Below are positions 1-8,143 of a DNA stretch of 60,652 nucleotides, one piece after another. The notes under the pieces were generated by a model that ran no database searches, was not told where the DNA came from, and saw only the letters and a list, made by a program, of their open reading frames with translations. A program made the position numbers and the translations under genes. Position 1 is the first letter of the stretch. Each line of letters opens with the position of its first letter. This DNA comes from Bacteriovorax sp. (GTDB lineage Bacteria; Bdellovibrionota; Bacteriovoracia; Bacteriovoracales; Bacteriovoracaceae), in assembly GCA_036781565.1 (NCBI GenBank), contig DAIQAU010000002.1, positions 1 to 60,652 of the forward strand. Direction: 5' to 3'.

Positions 1-116
1 TGGTGGATAAGTCTGAAATGTAATCATTTCAAGTATCCCTGATCAACTTAAGTAATTATAAGTCAAAGTTTTCAATTAGGACAAAAATATGCCTAACGAG
101 AAGAGAATGAATGATT

Positions 117-596
117 TTAATATTTCCAGTGATGCTTTAAAGAGATTTTGGCATGTCTATCTGGCCAATCACGAAGAGCAGCTATTATTTTGTCCTTCTC
201 ATAAAAAGTATGACCAAATTTATATGGAATAAGACATTTAGGTAATAAATTCATATTAAGGTCATTGCCTGCTCTCACAACATCTACAACAATAATTGGA
301 ATATCTCTTTTAATTGCTGCTTCAAGCTCCCAAATAATCCAATCACGAAATTTTGATTGAGTTCCCATTAAAAAAACCATAACTTTGGTATTATCTAAAC
401 GCTCTGAAAGGCTCCGCCTAATTGTATCGTCATTACTTGTTTCCATAATATTATTGATATCGTGAGCATTATAAAATTCAAAATCATCTTTTTCGGCCCA
501 AGCTTCCATCAGATGATAATAACTTTTATCCCCTGATTTTACGTTTCCACGTTCACCATAATGAAAAGCAACATATGTTTTATTTCTGTAAGCCAT
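117..596 (-). CDS. TIR-domain protein (MTH538/DUF1863, ThsB-like)
   Basis: MAYRNKTYVAFH start, RLDNTKVMVFLMG, WIIWELEAAIKRDIPIIVV with the catalytic Glu typical of ThsB-like TIR domains. Start placed at Met3 of the 117..602 ORF. Confidence 0.85.
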   Translation of the reverse strand: MAYRNKTYVAFHYGERGNVKSGDKSYYHLMEAWAEKDDFEFYNAHDINNIMETSNDDTIRRSLSERLDNTKVMVFLMGTQSKFRDWIIWELEAAIKRDIPIIVVDVVRAGNDLNMNLLPKCLIPYKFGHTFYEKDKIIAALRDWPDRHAKISLKHHWKY

Positions 597-1173
597 GATC
601 ATCCTTAATTTCAGTTCTAGAAAGTATTACTGTAAAAAAAATAAAAGAAGTTAAAACTTGAAGTGACGATATTATGAAGTAATTCTTATTAAAGTCTTTC
701 ACTAAAAACAATTGGTCACCCATAAGAAACATATTTAAAAATGAAAGTGAAATATCGCCATAAATTCCATCAATTTTTAAATTCAAATTCATAAAGTTAT
801 AAAAAGAAGCGAAACAAAGAATATTGAAAAAAATAGCCTGGAATAAATTAGCATACCTTCTTCTTAAAGAAGCTAAATCAGTCCTTTTAGGTCCATCCCA
901 AATATGATGATAAAAATAAGTAAATAAATTAAAAAAGCACAAATAAGCGATAAAAAGAATTGAAGCCTTATGTGAAATAAAAAATGAAATAAAAACGGCA
1001 GCGAATTTAAAAAGAATAAATATATCAACGGCTATTCTTTCAATTGTCTTTTGCTCTTCATATTTGTTGAAACAAAAAAGAAAAAGCTTCTTTAAAAACT
1101 CAACTGGACTAAGTGTAAAAAGAAGATTCACAACCCAATCATAGAAATATATTAAAAAACCATCATTAAACAT
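580..1173 (-). CDS. Multi-pass membrane protein; C-terminal half resembles a degenerate 2TM/pore ion-channel domain
   Basis: About 4-5 hydrophobic segments; TM, short SLSFLNMFLMG segment, then TM layout; overlaps the TIR gene start. Confidence 0.6.
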   Translation of the reverse strand: MFNDGFLIYFYDWVVNLLFTLSPVEFLKKLFLFCFNKYEEQKTIERIAVDIFILFKFAAVFISFFISHKASILFIAYLCFFNLFTYFYHHIWDGPKRTDLASLRRRYANLFQAIFFNILCFASFYNFMNLNLKIDGIYGDISLSFLNMFLMGDQLFLVKDFNKNYFIISSLQVLTSFIFFTVILSRTEIKDDHGLQK

Positions 1174-1216
1174 TGAACCTTATTTTACAGATAAACAACA
1201 CAAGGGACAAGGCATA

Positions 1217-1247
1217 GAAAAATATAGCGGGGCAACTGCCCCGCTAT
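1217..1247 (-). terminator. Intrinsic terminator after the integrase
   Basis: ATAGCGGGGCA-AC-TGCCCCGCTAT (1224-1247), followed on the minus strand by ATTTTT. Confidence 0.75.
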
Positions 1248-1259
1248 GTCAATTTAACA

Positions 1260-2390
1260 TTAAGCCAAAAACAATTTCACAACGTTATTCATAACTTCTA
1301 CTTCCGTAGGAAGAATTCTGAGACAATCCGTAGCCCCTTTCTCATCCACTCCTGCAACCCGAATATAAAACTCCATAGTCTTCAAATCTCTCCAACCACA
1401 GATCTTCATAACAATCGCCGGAGGCGTTCCCTTCGCCAAAAGCTGAGTCGCAAAACATGCTCTCAGCGCATGGAACTTAATAGGTGGCAAACCAATCCCC
1501 TTCAAGAACATACGTAAATCTTTTGCCTGCTCTCCTCTCTCCCAATTAGTGAATCGAGGAAGAACAAAATTCGATTCAGTCTGTTTCAAAATTAAAATTA
1601 AATTTCTAAGCTCGGGCGATATCGGAACGGTTCTCCAATAACCAGCCTTTGTGCTTTTGATTATGTTTAATCTGTTGTTGTGTGATTTTGAAACTCGTAT
1701 CAAATTATTTTCAAGATCGACGTCATTCCACTCTAAGGCATAAAGCTCGCCGCTTCTCATACCAGTTAATAGAGCAAAGGCCCAAATTGGATACCAGGGA
1801 TGATCCAGTCTTTTTGCTTCATAAAGAAATTTTTTAATTTCATCAATCGTCAAAATATCTGGAACTTTTTCAGACTTCACATTTAACTTAATTCCATGAA
1901 CTGGAGAATATCGAACTCCATGAATTAGACCTTCTTCAATACCAAAATTGTAAATCATGTTTACTGCATTTTTTACACTTTTGATAAATCCGACAGATTT
2001 ATCTGCACTCATTAGTTTTCGAATTAATTCTCTGCCATGTGCTTTCGTAAGTTGAGAAGCTTCAATCTTTAACCACTCCTCGGTCCATCTGTTCAACGCT
2101 GAAACACGATCTAGAATCGTAATAGGACTATATTCACCAAGATTACCTTTCTTAGCTTCTTTCTCCCATTTTATTAAAATACTTTCCCATGTCTCTGCTC
2201 GACCTTCGCGTAGCTTGAGTTTTACCCCAAGCTCTTGAAAAATTTTATTCTCTTCTCGTCTAGCTAACGATAAAGACTGTAAGTCTGAAACTGTTTTTTG
2301 CGCACGAATCTTTGGATCAATTTTACTTCGTAAATTGACGTAAACTTGAAAAAGAGTCTTGCCGTTTTTTTCATAACTTTTAATGGCCAT
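1260..2390 (-). CDS. int: Tyrosine recombinase / integrase
   Basis: TGMRSGEL (R), STKAG (K), FHALR (HxxR), CGW (W at the second His position), EFY (catalytic Y); N-terminal arm-binding-like region. Confidence 0.95.
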   Translation of the reverse strand: MAIKSYEKNGKTLFQVYVNLRSKIDPKIRAQKTVSDLQSLSLARREENKIFQELGVKLKLREGRAETWESILIKWEKEAKKGNLGEYSPITILDRVSALNRWTEEWLKIEASQLTKAHGRELIRKLMSADKSVGFIKSVKNAVNMIYNFGIEEGLIHGVRYSPVHGIKLNVKSEKVPDILTIDEIKKFLYEAKRLDHPWYPIWAFALLTGMRSGELYALEWNDVDLENNLIRVSKSHNNRLNIIKSTKAGYWRTVPISPELRNLILILKQTESNFVLPRFTNWERGEQAKDLRMFLKGIGLPPIKFHALRACFATQLLAKGTPPAIVMKICGWRDLKTMEFYIRVAGVDEKGATDCLRILPTEVEVMNNVVKLFLA

Positions 2391-2391
2391 A

Positions 2392-2664
2392 CTAACCTCC
2401 TACGGTTGAAGAGGTTTCAAGCAGGCGATCAAGTTCACTTCTTTTAAAATACAATCTGCGTCTGAATTTATAAGCTGTAATTTGTCCTCGACATATTGCA
2501 GTTCTAATCGCATTCGCAGACTTTCTTAAATAGAAAGCAGCCTCGTTAGTTGTCATCCATTTTAAATTGTTAAAGAACTCTACTGACTCGTTTGAATCAG
2601 CAGGACTATTATAGCCTGTAGGCTTTGAATTGTAATTATGAAGTTTTTTATCTTTTTGAATCAT
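2392..2664 (-). CDS. Excisionase-like HTH protein (HTH_17/Xis)
   Basis: WMTTNEAAFYLRKSANAIR...RGQITAYK..RRLYFKRSELDRLL; directly upstream of int. Confidence 0.85.
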   Translation of the reverse strand: MIQKDKKLHNYNSKPTGYNSPADSNESVEFFNNLKWMTTNEAAFYLRKSANAIRTAICRGQITAYKFRRRLYFKRSELDRLLETSSTVGG

Positions 2665-2682
2665 CAGATTCCTTGGTTGTAG

Positions 2683-2988
2683 TTAAAGTAGCGATTGCCC
2701 AATAGAAAATGCTCTAATTTCAAAATATTCTTTTTCAACTCCTTCTCGATTAACAAACTTACGAAGCTGATTTTGGCCTTGCACAAATACATGATTGCCC
2801 TTTCTTAAATGAACTTTGCAAAGCTCTGCCAATTTTCCGAAGACTACAATTTTTCTCCATACTACCTCGTTCTGAATATTCCTAAGACCAAGTGACAATT
2901 CACAAATGGGTTCACCCTTCTTGGTATAGGCCAGATATGGATCAACTCCGAGACGACCTGAAAAAGTTTCAATTGAATCACTTTGCAT
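2683..2988 (-). CDS. ssb: Single-stranded DNA-binding protein (OB-fold only)
   Basis: GRLGVDP, WRKIVVFGKLAE, LRKGNHVFVQG; no acidic C-terminal tail. Confidence 0.9.
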   Translation of the reverse strand: MQSDSIETFSGRLGVDPYLAYTKKGEPICELSLGLRNIQNEVVWRKIVVFGKLAELCKVHLRKGNHVFVQGQNQLRKFVNREGVEKEYFEIRAFSIGQSLL

Positions 2989-3409
2989 TCTTGTCCTCCT
3001 TCAAAATATTCTTCACACTTACGAGATATTCACCTAGATCGAGATTGGTTTTATTCTTTTGATTGTATTCAAAACATTGCTTCTTCACTTTTTCCAAACT
3101 GCTTAAAGCACTATTTTGAATATGTTCGATGTCTTTTGAAGTAAGCTTAGGAAGTGCTACTAAAACCAAGTCTTTTAGAATTATTGAACGACCATACATT
3201 TTATTATTTGCCTCGCTTAAAAGCTTTGAAATCATCTCCTTCGCATCTTGATCTTTTGTAACATCAATAAAAAATTTATCCTGATCATTTCTTTGTTCAT
3301 CACTTTCTACACTTTTAAGCTCTAAATCCTTTTTACTTTTCCGTCCTCTCTTTTTTTCTTTTCTCTCCTCTTCACCCTTATCTCTAATGTTCTCACTCAT
3401 TACTTCCAT
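2978..3409 (-). CDS. Hypothetical DNA-binding protein (basic KKRGRKSKK patch, possible ribbon-helix-helix); candidate relaxosome accessory
   Basis: Good RBS (AAGGAG), overlap with ssb, strand-helix-helix pattern after FFIDV; function inferred from position. Confidence 0.5.
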   Translation of the reverse strand: MEVMSENIRDKGEEERKEKKRGRKSKKDLELKSVESDEQRNDQDKFFIDVTKDQDAKEMISKLLSEANNKMYGRSIILKDLVLVALPKLTSKDIEHIQNSALSSLEKVKKQCFEYNQKNKTNLDLGEYLVSVKNILKEDKNAK

Positions 3410-3453
3410 TCTCCTTCTCCCTTATTCTTGTTCTTTTCTCTTTTCTTTCTTCT

Positions 3454-3572
3454 GCTTATCCCCGCGCTTTAAAACTCTCTTCACCGAATTGACCACATCC
3501 TCGATACTCATGTTGAGAGGGGGTGGTCAATTCGGTGTCTCCCATTTTGTTAATTAAAGCGCGGGGATAAGC
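3454..3572. repeat. Nested perfect inverted repeats (long hairpin/cruciform); candidate oriT or ssDNA promoter
   Basis: 19-bp IR GCTTATCCCCGCGCTTTAA (3454-3472 / 3554-3572) enclosing a 15-bp IR CACCGAATTGACCAC (3482-3496 / 3523-3537) and a small CTCA-TGT-TGAG stem. Confidence 0.85.
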
Positions 3573-3657
3573 TGCCATTGAACTCGGCATAGTCACACTT
3601 AAACTCATTAGGTATGTCCTAGGTATTGTTCCAGATCTCAGACGATTCAAAGAGAAT

Positions 3658-4389
3658 TTACTCAAGCAAGTCTCCTAGCTTTTTGACAGTCCCTTGATAA
3701 AAAGTTTCAGAATCTGATAAGTCAGAAATTTTTTTCACAATTGTTGGATTAAATGCGAAAATAATTTTTTGAGACAGCTCTTCTTTTAAATGATCAAATT
3801 GAGCATCAGATAAAAGCTCATTTAATCTTTTCTTATAAGACTCAAAAGATGAACGATCAGCAAAGAAATAAAAGACGCCATCGTACTCATCCGCTTTAGC
3901 GTATTCAGTAAGCTTATCAAATACGCGTTTGCGATCTTTTCTCCAAAGCTCCACCTCAACAGCAATGATCAACTCTTCATTATCTTTCTTGATTGAAATT
4001 ATTGCATCAGGTTCAATAGCGTAATGTCGCCATGTCGATTTAGTTTTATATTCATGGGGTAGTTTTCCTGCGGTCACATTTTTAAATGCTAATAAATTGG
4101 ATATGACCATCGATACAATTGCATCATGACGAATATTATCTTCGTTAAAACTATCAATTCCGAGTCTCAAGAGAAGCTCATTTGAAGGATAAACAATTTT
4201 ATTAAATCCTTTTTGAAGTTTGGATTTCAGTGCTCCCCCTTTTTCAAGTCTTAAAATTCTTTGCCTAAAAGCAGTTTCTCTTTCATTAGGAGCAACTAAA
4301 AATTTCAGATTCTCAGTCGTTAATGATCGCCACTTCATTAGAGCCTCGATAATTTCTGAATTTTTTTGAAGCATAATTTCATTAAGCAT
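3658..4389 (-). CDS. Replication-relaxation (Replic_Relax)-like protein, wHTH + PD-(D/E)xK nuclease; putative relaxase
   Basis: N-terminal wHTH (RQRILRLEKGG), HD, EPDA...AVEVE...K..R..DKL..Y motifs; immediately downstream of the coupling protein. Confidence 0.7.
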   Translation of the reverse strand: MLNEIMLQKNSEIIEALMKWRSLTTENLKFLVAPNERETAFRQRILRLEKGGALKSKLQKGFNKIVYPSNELLLRLGIDSFNEDNIRHDAIVSMVISNLLAFKNVTAGKLPHEYKTKSTWRHYAIEPDAIISIKKDNEELIIAVEVELWRKDRKRVFDKLTEYAKADEYDGVFYFFADRSSFESYKKRLNELLSDAQFDHLKEELSQKIIFAFNPTIVKKISDLSDSETFYQGTVKKLGDLLE

Positions 4390-4398
4390 AAACCTCCT

Positions 4399-5868
4399 TT
4401 AAAGTAATTTTTTACTCTTTTGTTTTTTTTCAACTGAAGCAATCGGAACATTTTTTTCAGATTCAGTTTTCTCTAGAAATGTTTTTGATTTTCTACTATC
4501 TCTTATATTGATAAGTGATAGGCATTTTGGACCATGCTCTAATAAAATAGTTTGCCCAATGTTGATTGATTTAATAATGTCTGGATGGCAAAGATACTCA
4601 TGTCCTTCTCGAATTGTTCCTCGGCCTGACTCCGTTCCTGATTCGGTTGCTAAAGTTTTCTTCTGGGCCAAGAATGTCCCGCAAGCTGATGCCAACTTCT
4701 CACAATTTTCCGTATTGGTTTGTTTTTGGATGAACCAGTTCGAATAAGATTCAAAGAACTGCTTCATTAAAATTTCACTATTCGCAACCATTTCCATATC
4801 AGAATATGATTGAACAGCGGTATAGACATTAATTCCACTAGAGCGGCACTTATTAACTAAATCGAGAAAGTCTGGAAAGATAACTGATCCGGCCTCATCA
4901 ATAAATAATCCAAGGCTGTACTCTTTTGCGACATGAGAATCTTCAAATGTTTTGCCAATCCAATACGAGAGATTCATGGCCTCGCTTACAAAGAACTTTC
5001 CCACGGTTTTTGCCAAAGTCGAATATCCCTGTGTGGAGCATCCAATGTAGATACAAACTTTATCCTCCCAAGCTCTCTTAAGAGTCATTGAAGGTTTTCC
5101 CAACTCAGAAGACTTTTTAAATAACTTCCCAAAGTCAGAATTTAATAACAGTTGAAGTTGAGTTAAAAGTCCCGATGTCTCTTCTTTGTTATACTCAGAC
5201 TTAAGCTTTTTATAAACATCATGAAGATCGAATTCCTTATCCTTATTTGATAATTCTGATAGGACACAATCTAAAGCTTTTTGTGATTCATTGAGATAAT
5301 AAGCATTCGGTTTACTTCCCCAATCAAAACTTCTCATGATCATTGAAATACGTTGCGAATTAGTCATGTCTGCAATTGGATTAAATGAAGATGCTTCCTT
5401 ATCGAATTCTGAAAAGATGTAGTATTTTCTGCGGTAGTATCTGCATATCTTTTTAAAATTCTTAATCGCCTCAGCACTTCCCTTCGGGTCTATGAAAATT
5501 ACAGCTTGCTTTTTTTGAAGGCAGTTCTCTTGCAAAATATTTATAAGATTACTTTTTCCCCATCCACTGGCTCCAACTATAAAAGTATTTTTACTTGGAT
5601 CAAAATAAGATAATGGATAAGGCCTTTCCAAATTTACTGCCCATCCTAAATGCTCCTCATCCCAAGTCTGTCTTTCACAATCAAGCATCAAAAGATCTAG
5701 TTTCATGTCACTTGGATTCAATTTAATTTTCATGCTCCCCAAACCCTTCAGTAGATTTGGAAGATTCTTTGATCCATTTGTAATTAACGTTTGAAACAAT
5801 TCCCCAATCCCTTGAATGAGAGGTGCGAACATGTCTCCCAGAGGATTAACATTAGCAGATTTACTCAT
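4399..5868 (-). CDS. Type IV coupling protein (VirD4/TraD-like ATPase)
   Basis: Walker A GASGWGKS, FIDPKG, FNP, Walker B FIDEAG, RSSG; start set at MSKS (GGAGG RBS, overlaps upstream stop). Confidence 0.85.
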   Translation of the reverse strand: MSKSANVNPLGDMFAPLIQGIGELFQTLITNGSKNLPNLLKGLGSMKIKLNPSDMKLDLLMLDCERQTWDEEHLGWAVNLERPYPLSYFDPSKNTFIVGASGWGKSNLINILQENCLQKKQAVIFIDPKGSAEAIKNFKKICRYYRRKYYIFSEFDKEASSFNPIADMTNSQRISMIMRSFDWGSKPNAYYLNESQKALDCVLSELSNKDKEFDLHDVYKKLKSEYNKEETSGLLTQLQLLLNSDFGKLFKKSSELGKPSMTLKRAWEDKVCIYIGCSTQGYSTLAKTVGKFFVSEAMNLSYWIGKTFEDSHVAKEYSLGLFIDEAGSVIFPDFLDLVNKCRSSGINVYTAVQSYSDMEMVANSEILMKQFFESYSNWFIQKQTNTENCEKLASACGTFLAQKKTLATESGTESGRGTIREGHEYLCHPDIIKSINIGQTILLEHGPKCLSLINIRDSRKSKTFLEKTESEKNVPIASVEKKQKSKKLL

Positions 5869-6397
5869 AGTCAACCTCCCAAGCTTTATGCTGTTCAATT
5901 GTTACAGCTTTCCCATTTTCCAGATGCTCAACTCGCTCAGGAATTTCGTGCTCAATAATAAATGGAGTCTGAACTTTTCCTTTTAAATGTTCTGGCAACG
6001 GACCTGATTCCAGCTTGTACTTCTTTGAGTCAGTAGGTTTGATAGTAATTGTTTCTAACTGATTAATTGGAGCAAGTGGTTCAGATCTATTTCGTCCTGA
6101 ACTATTTCCTGGCATCATTGTGGGAAGATCTCTATTTTCTGGATCATCCATGAAAAAGAGATAGCCTAAAGTTGCACCTAATAGTGCTCCCAAGCTTCCC
6201 CAGATTGCCATATTTGGTGCAACGGATTCCCTATTTGGACTCAATGTCGAACTACCGATTAGACCTAAGCTTGCACCAGTTAATCCTCCATAAAAAATTG
6301 ACTTTCTCATTGTTGAACAAGAAGTACTCATTAGAAAAATAAAAACAAAGAAGATAATTTTAAGTTTTAATGTATTTATAAATTTATGTTTATTCAT
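5861..6397 (-). CDS. T4SS-associated lipoprotein with glycine zipper (VirB7/TraV position)
   Basis: Lipobox STSC, GxxxGxxxG helices, translationally coupled within the operon. Confidence 0.55.
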   Translation of the reverse strand: MNKHKFINTLKLKIIFFVFIFLMSTSCSTMRKSIFYGGLTGASLGLIGSSTLSPNRESVAPNMAIWGSLGALLGATLGYLFFMDDPENRDLPTMMPGNSSGRNRSEPLAPINQLETITIKPTDSKKYKLESGPLPEHLKGKVQTPFIIEHEIPERVEHLENGKAVTIEQHKAWEVDYE

Positions 6398-7194
6398 TTT
6401 CTAAACCTCTCCTGGAAATAAATTAGAACTGGTTTACCTGCTTTAATAAAAGCCTTGGCCTCCTTGCTTTTCATTTCTCCATTAATCAGATCATTGGTTT
6501 CATCAAGAGAGGTTAAAACTCCATTCGTCAGTCGATTTCTGCGAGTATTCGCAGTTAGTTCACCTAGAGGTGTTGTAAGTCTTTCTGTATTTAATTCAAT
6601 GAGTCCCTTGGAAAAAGCTGTAGCAATTGAGGCTGCAACATATTCCTCTTTACCTGTATAGACTTCATCGGCCCTTAATCCGCTGGAGCCATCAAAATTT
6701 AAAAGACTCACTTGAACTTCAAACTCTTCTTGATCGTTGGGCGTAATCAATTTATTACAAGCGGCCATGACTCTTTTATACTTAGTTACGCCTTTACAGC
6801 TAAATCTCGTACCTAAAGGCAAGGTCTCTCCATTCAGAACTTCGACAATAAGTGGTGATTCTAAATTGGTCGATACAACCGAATTTAAAAGAATGCCCTT
6901 GATAACAGTTCCCGTTTTAAAATCATACTTGTTTGTAAAGTCCCACACTCCTGATCGTTCTTGAAACTTTCCAAGCAATTTTTCAATTCTTTCTCCTTGA
7001 TCACTTAATGTATCAATCGCTGAATCAGTTTTTCTTTGAGACTTGTAATTCACTTTAGCTTTACTCGCTTGCAAAGGTTGCAGCTTCTTTTTAATAGTTT
7101 TTGGAACTAAAATTTTAAGTTCTATTTCATCTGAAAATGCACCAACGGATACAAAAAGAAATAAGAAGGCAATAAATTTATTTTTCGCCACCAT
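6394..7194 (-). CDS. VirB10/TrbI-like T4SS core protein
   Basis: GTVIKGILLNSVVS..SPLIVEV..LPLGTRF and C-terminal IKAGKPVLIYF, typical of TrbI domains. Confidence 0.75.
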   Translation of the reverse strand: MVAKNKFIAFLFLFVSVGAFSDEIELKILVPKTIKKKLQPLQASKAKVNYKSQRKTDSAIDTLSDQGERIEKLLGKFQERSGVWDFTNKYDFKTGTVIKGILLNSVVSTNLESPLIVEVLNGETLPLGTRFSCKGVTKYKRVMAACNKLITPNDQEEFEVQVSLLNFDGSSGLRADEVYTGKEEYVAASIATAFSKGLIELNTERLTTPLGELTANTRRNRLTNGVLTSLDETNDLINGEMKSKEAKAFIKAGKPVLIYFQERFRK

Positions 7195-7673
7195 TAATTC
7201 AACACCCTTAGATTGTTAATCAAGATTGGACTTCCTTTAGAGAAATATCCTTCTCGGATAATTTCAACCCCATTTACGTTTATAGAATTTTTAGTTTTGT
7301 TTATGATCCAAGATGAAGTCTCTCCTTCAAAAATTTTATAAGCATCAGTCTCAATTTTTTTGTTGAAGCTTCGATCAATTGCGCCCTCAAAGATATTGAC
7401 GAAAGAATGTGAATCCGAAGATTGATTAGAAGAGATTTCTTTAAGCTTAAACTGATAATGATGGTCTTTGGTGATAACAATCATATCGGTTTCTCCAAAA
7501 GACTTAAGAGGCCTGATCACCAGAATTTTTTGATTGTTAGCTCTATGTAAATCAAAGTCTCCTTCTCTTCCTGCACTCACATATTCCACAGGTTCATCAA
7601 AAACCAAAGTGGTTGGATGTGAGAGAGTCAAAAATAAATAAATCAAGCTTTTTGCAAGAATATAAAAATTCAT
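7194..7673 (-). CDS. VirB9/TraK-like T4SS protein (short)
   Basis: PTTLVFDEPVEYV..G...ILVIRP...TDMIVIT..HYQFKL beta-rich pattern; lies before virB10. Confidence 0.55.
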   Translation of the reverse strand: MNFYILAKSLIYLFLTLSHPTTLVFDEPVEYVSAGREGDFDLHRANNQKILVIRPLKSFGETDMIVITKDHHYQFKLKEISSNQSSDSHSFVNIFEGAIDRSFNKKIETDAYKIFEGETSSWIINKTKNSINVNGVEIIREGYFSKGSPILINNLRVLN

Positions 7674-8134
7674 TCAGCTGTCTCCTTTTCATAGAGTTCA
7701 TTTTCCTTGATCTTTTTGATTTGATAGAAAAAATTAAAATCTTTTGACTGATCGAAAAAATAATCAAAAGAACGAAGCCCATTATTAGTCTTTACTAAAA
7801 CTTTGCATGAATCGTCTCCCGACCAAACTCCTGAAATGCTCTCGTTCCCATCAAAGTAGAGAGCTTTGTAATTATTCTCTGTCACTAAAATGTAAAGACT
7901 TTCAGTCATGAGCTTTTTCGAAAGTGATTTGTTAATCAATTCTTTGGTAACTAGTGAGCAAAAATCTCTTTTAGAAGCATCAAATACAAGCTCTTCTTGT
8001 GGCAAGAAGAGCTGCTTACCCGTTCGAATAAAAGAAATCACAAGTAAAAGTGAAGTAATGCATACGTTGATCCATAAAAGTAAACCCATTTTTTTATCGC
8101 TTAATTTGTCTTTAAATAGTTGTATTCCACTCAT
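7670..8134 (-). CDS. Bitopic T4SS protein (VirB8 position)
   Basis: Single N-terminal TM plus periplasmic alpha/beta domain; overlaps the virB9-like gene. Confidence 0.45.
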   Translation of the reverse strand: MSGIQLFKDKLSDKKMGLLLWINVCITSLLLVISFIRTGKQLFLPQEELVFDASKRDFCSLVTKELINKSLSKKLMTESLYILVTENNYKALYFDGNESISGVWSGDDSCKVLVKTNNGLRSFDYFFDQSKDFNFFYQIKKIKENELYEKETAE

Positions 8135-8143
8135 CTTTTCCTC

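Noticed and set aside
1..27. Possible minus-strand ORF start (MITFQTYPP) running off the left edge
   Set aside because: Only nine codons are visible, and it overlaps motifs better explained as att-arm sequence.
1224..1247. Hairpin sharing a central AACT/AGTT with the right-end palindrome, considered as attL
   Set aside because: Its arms are unrelated to the right-end arms, and the T-tract and position fit an integrase terminator.
3456..3665. 69-aa ORF in the track
   Set aside because: It coincides with the nested inverted repeats and has no recognisable protein features; more likely non-coding structure.
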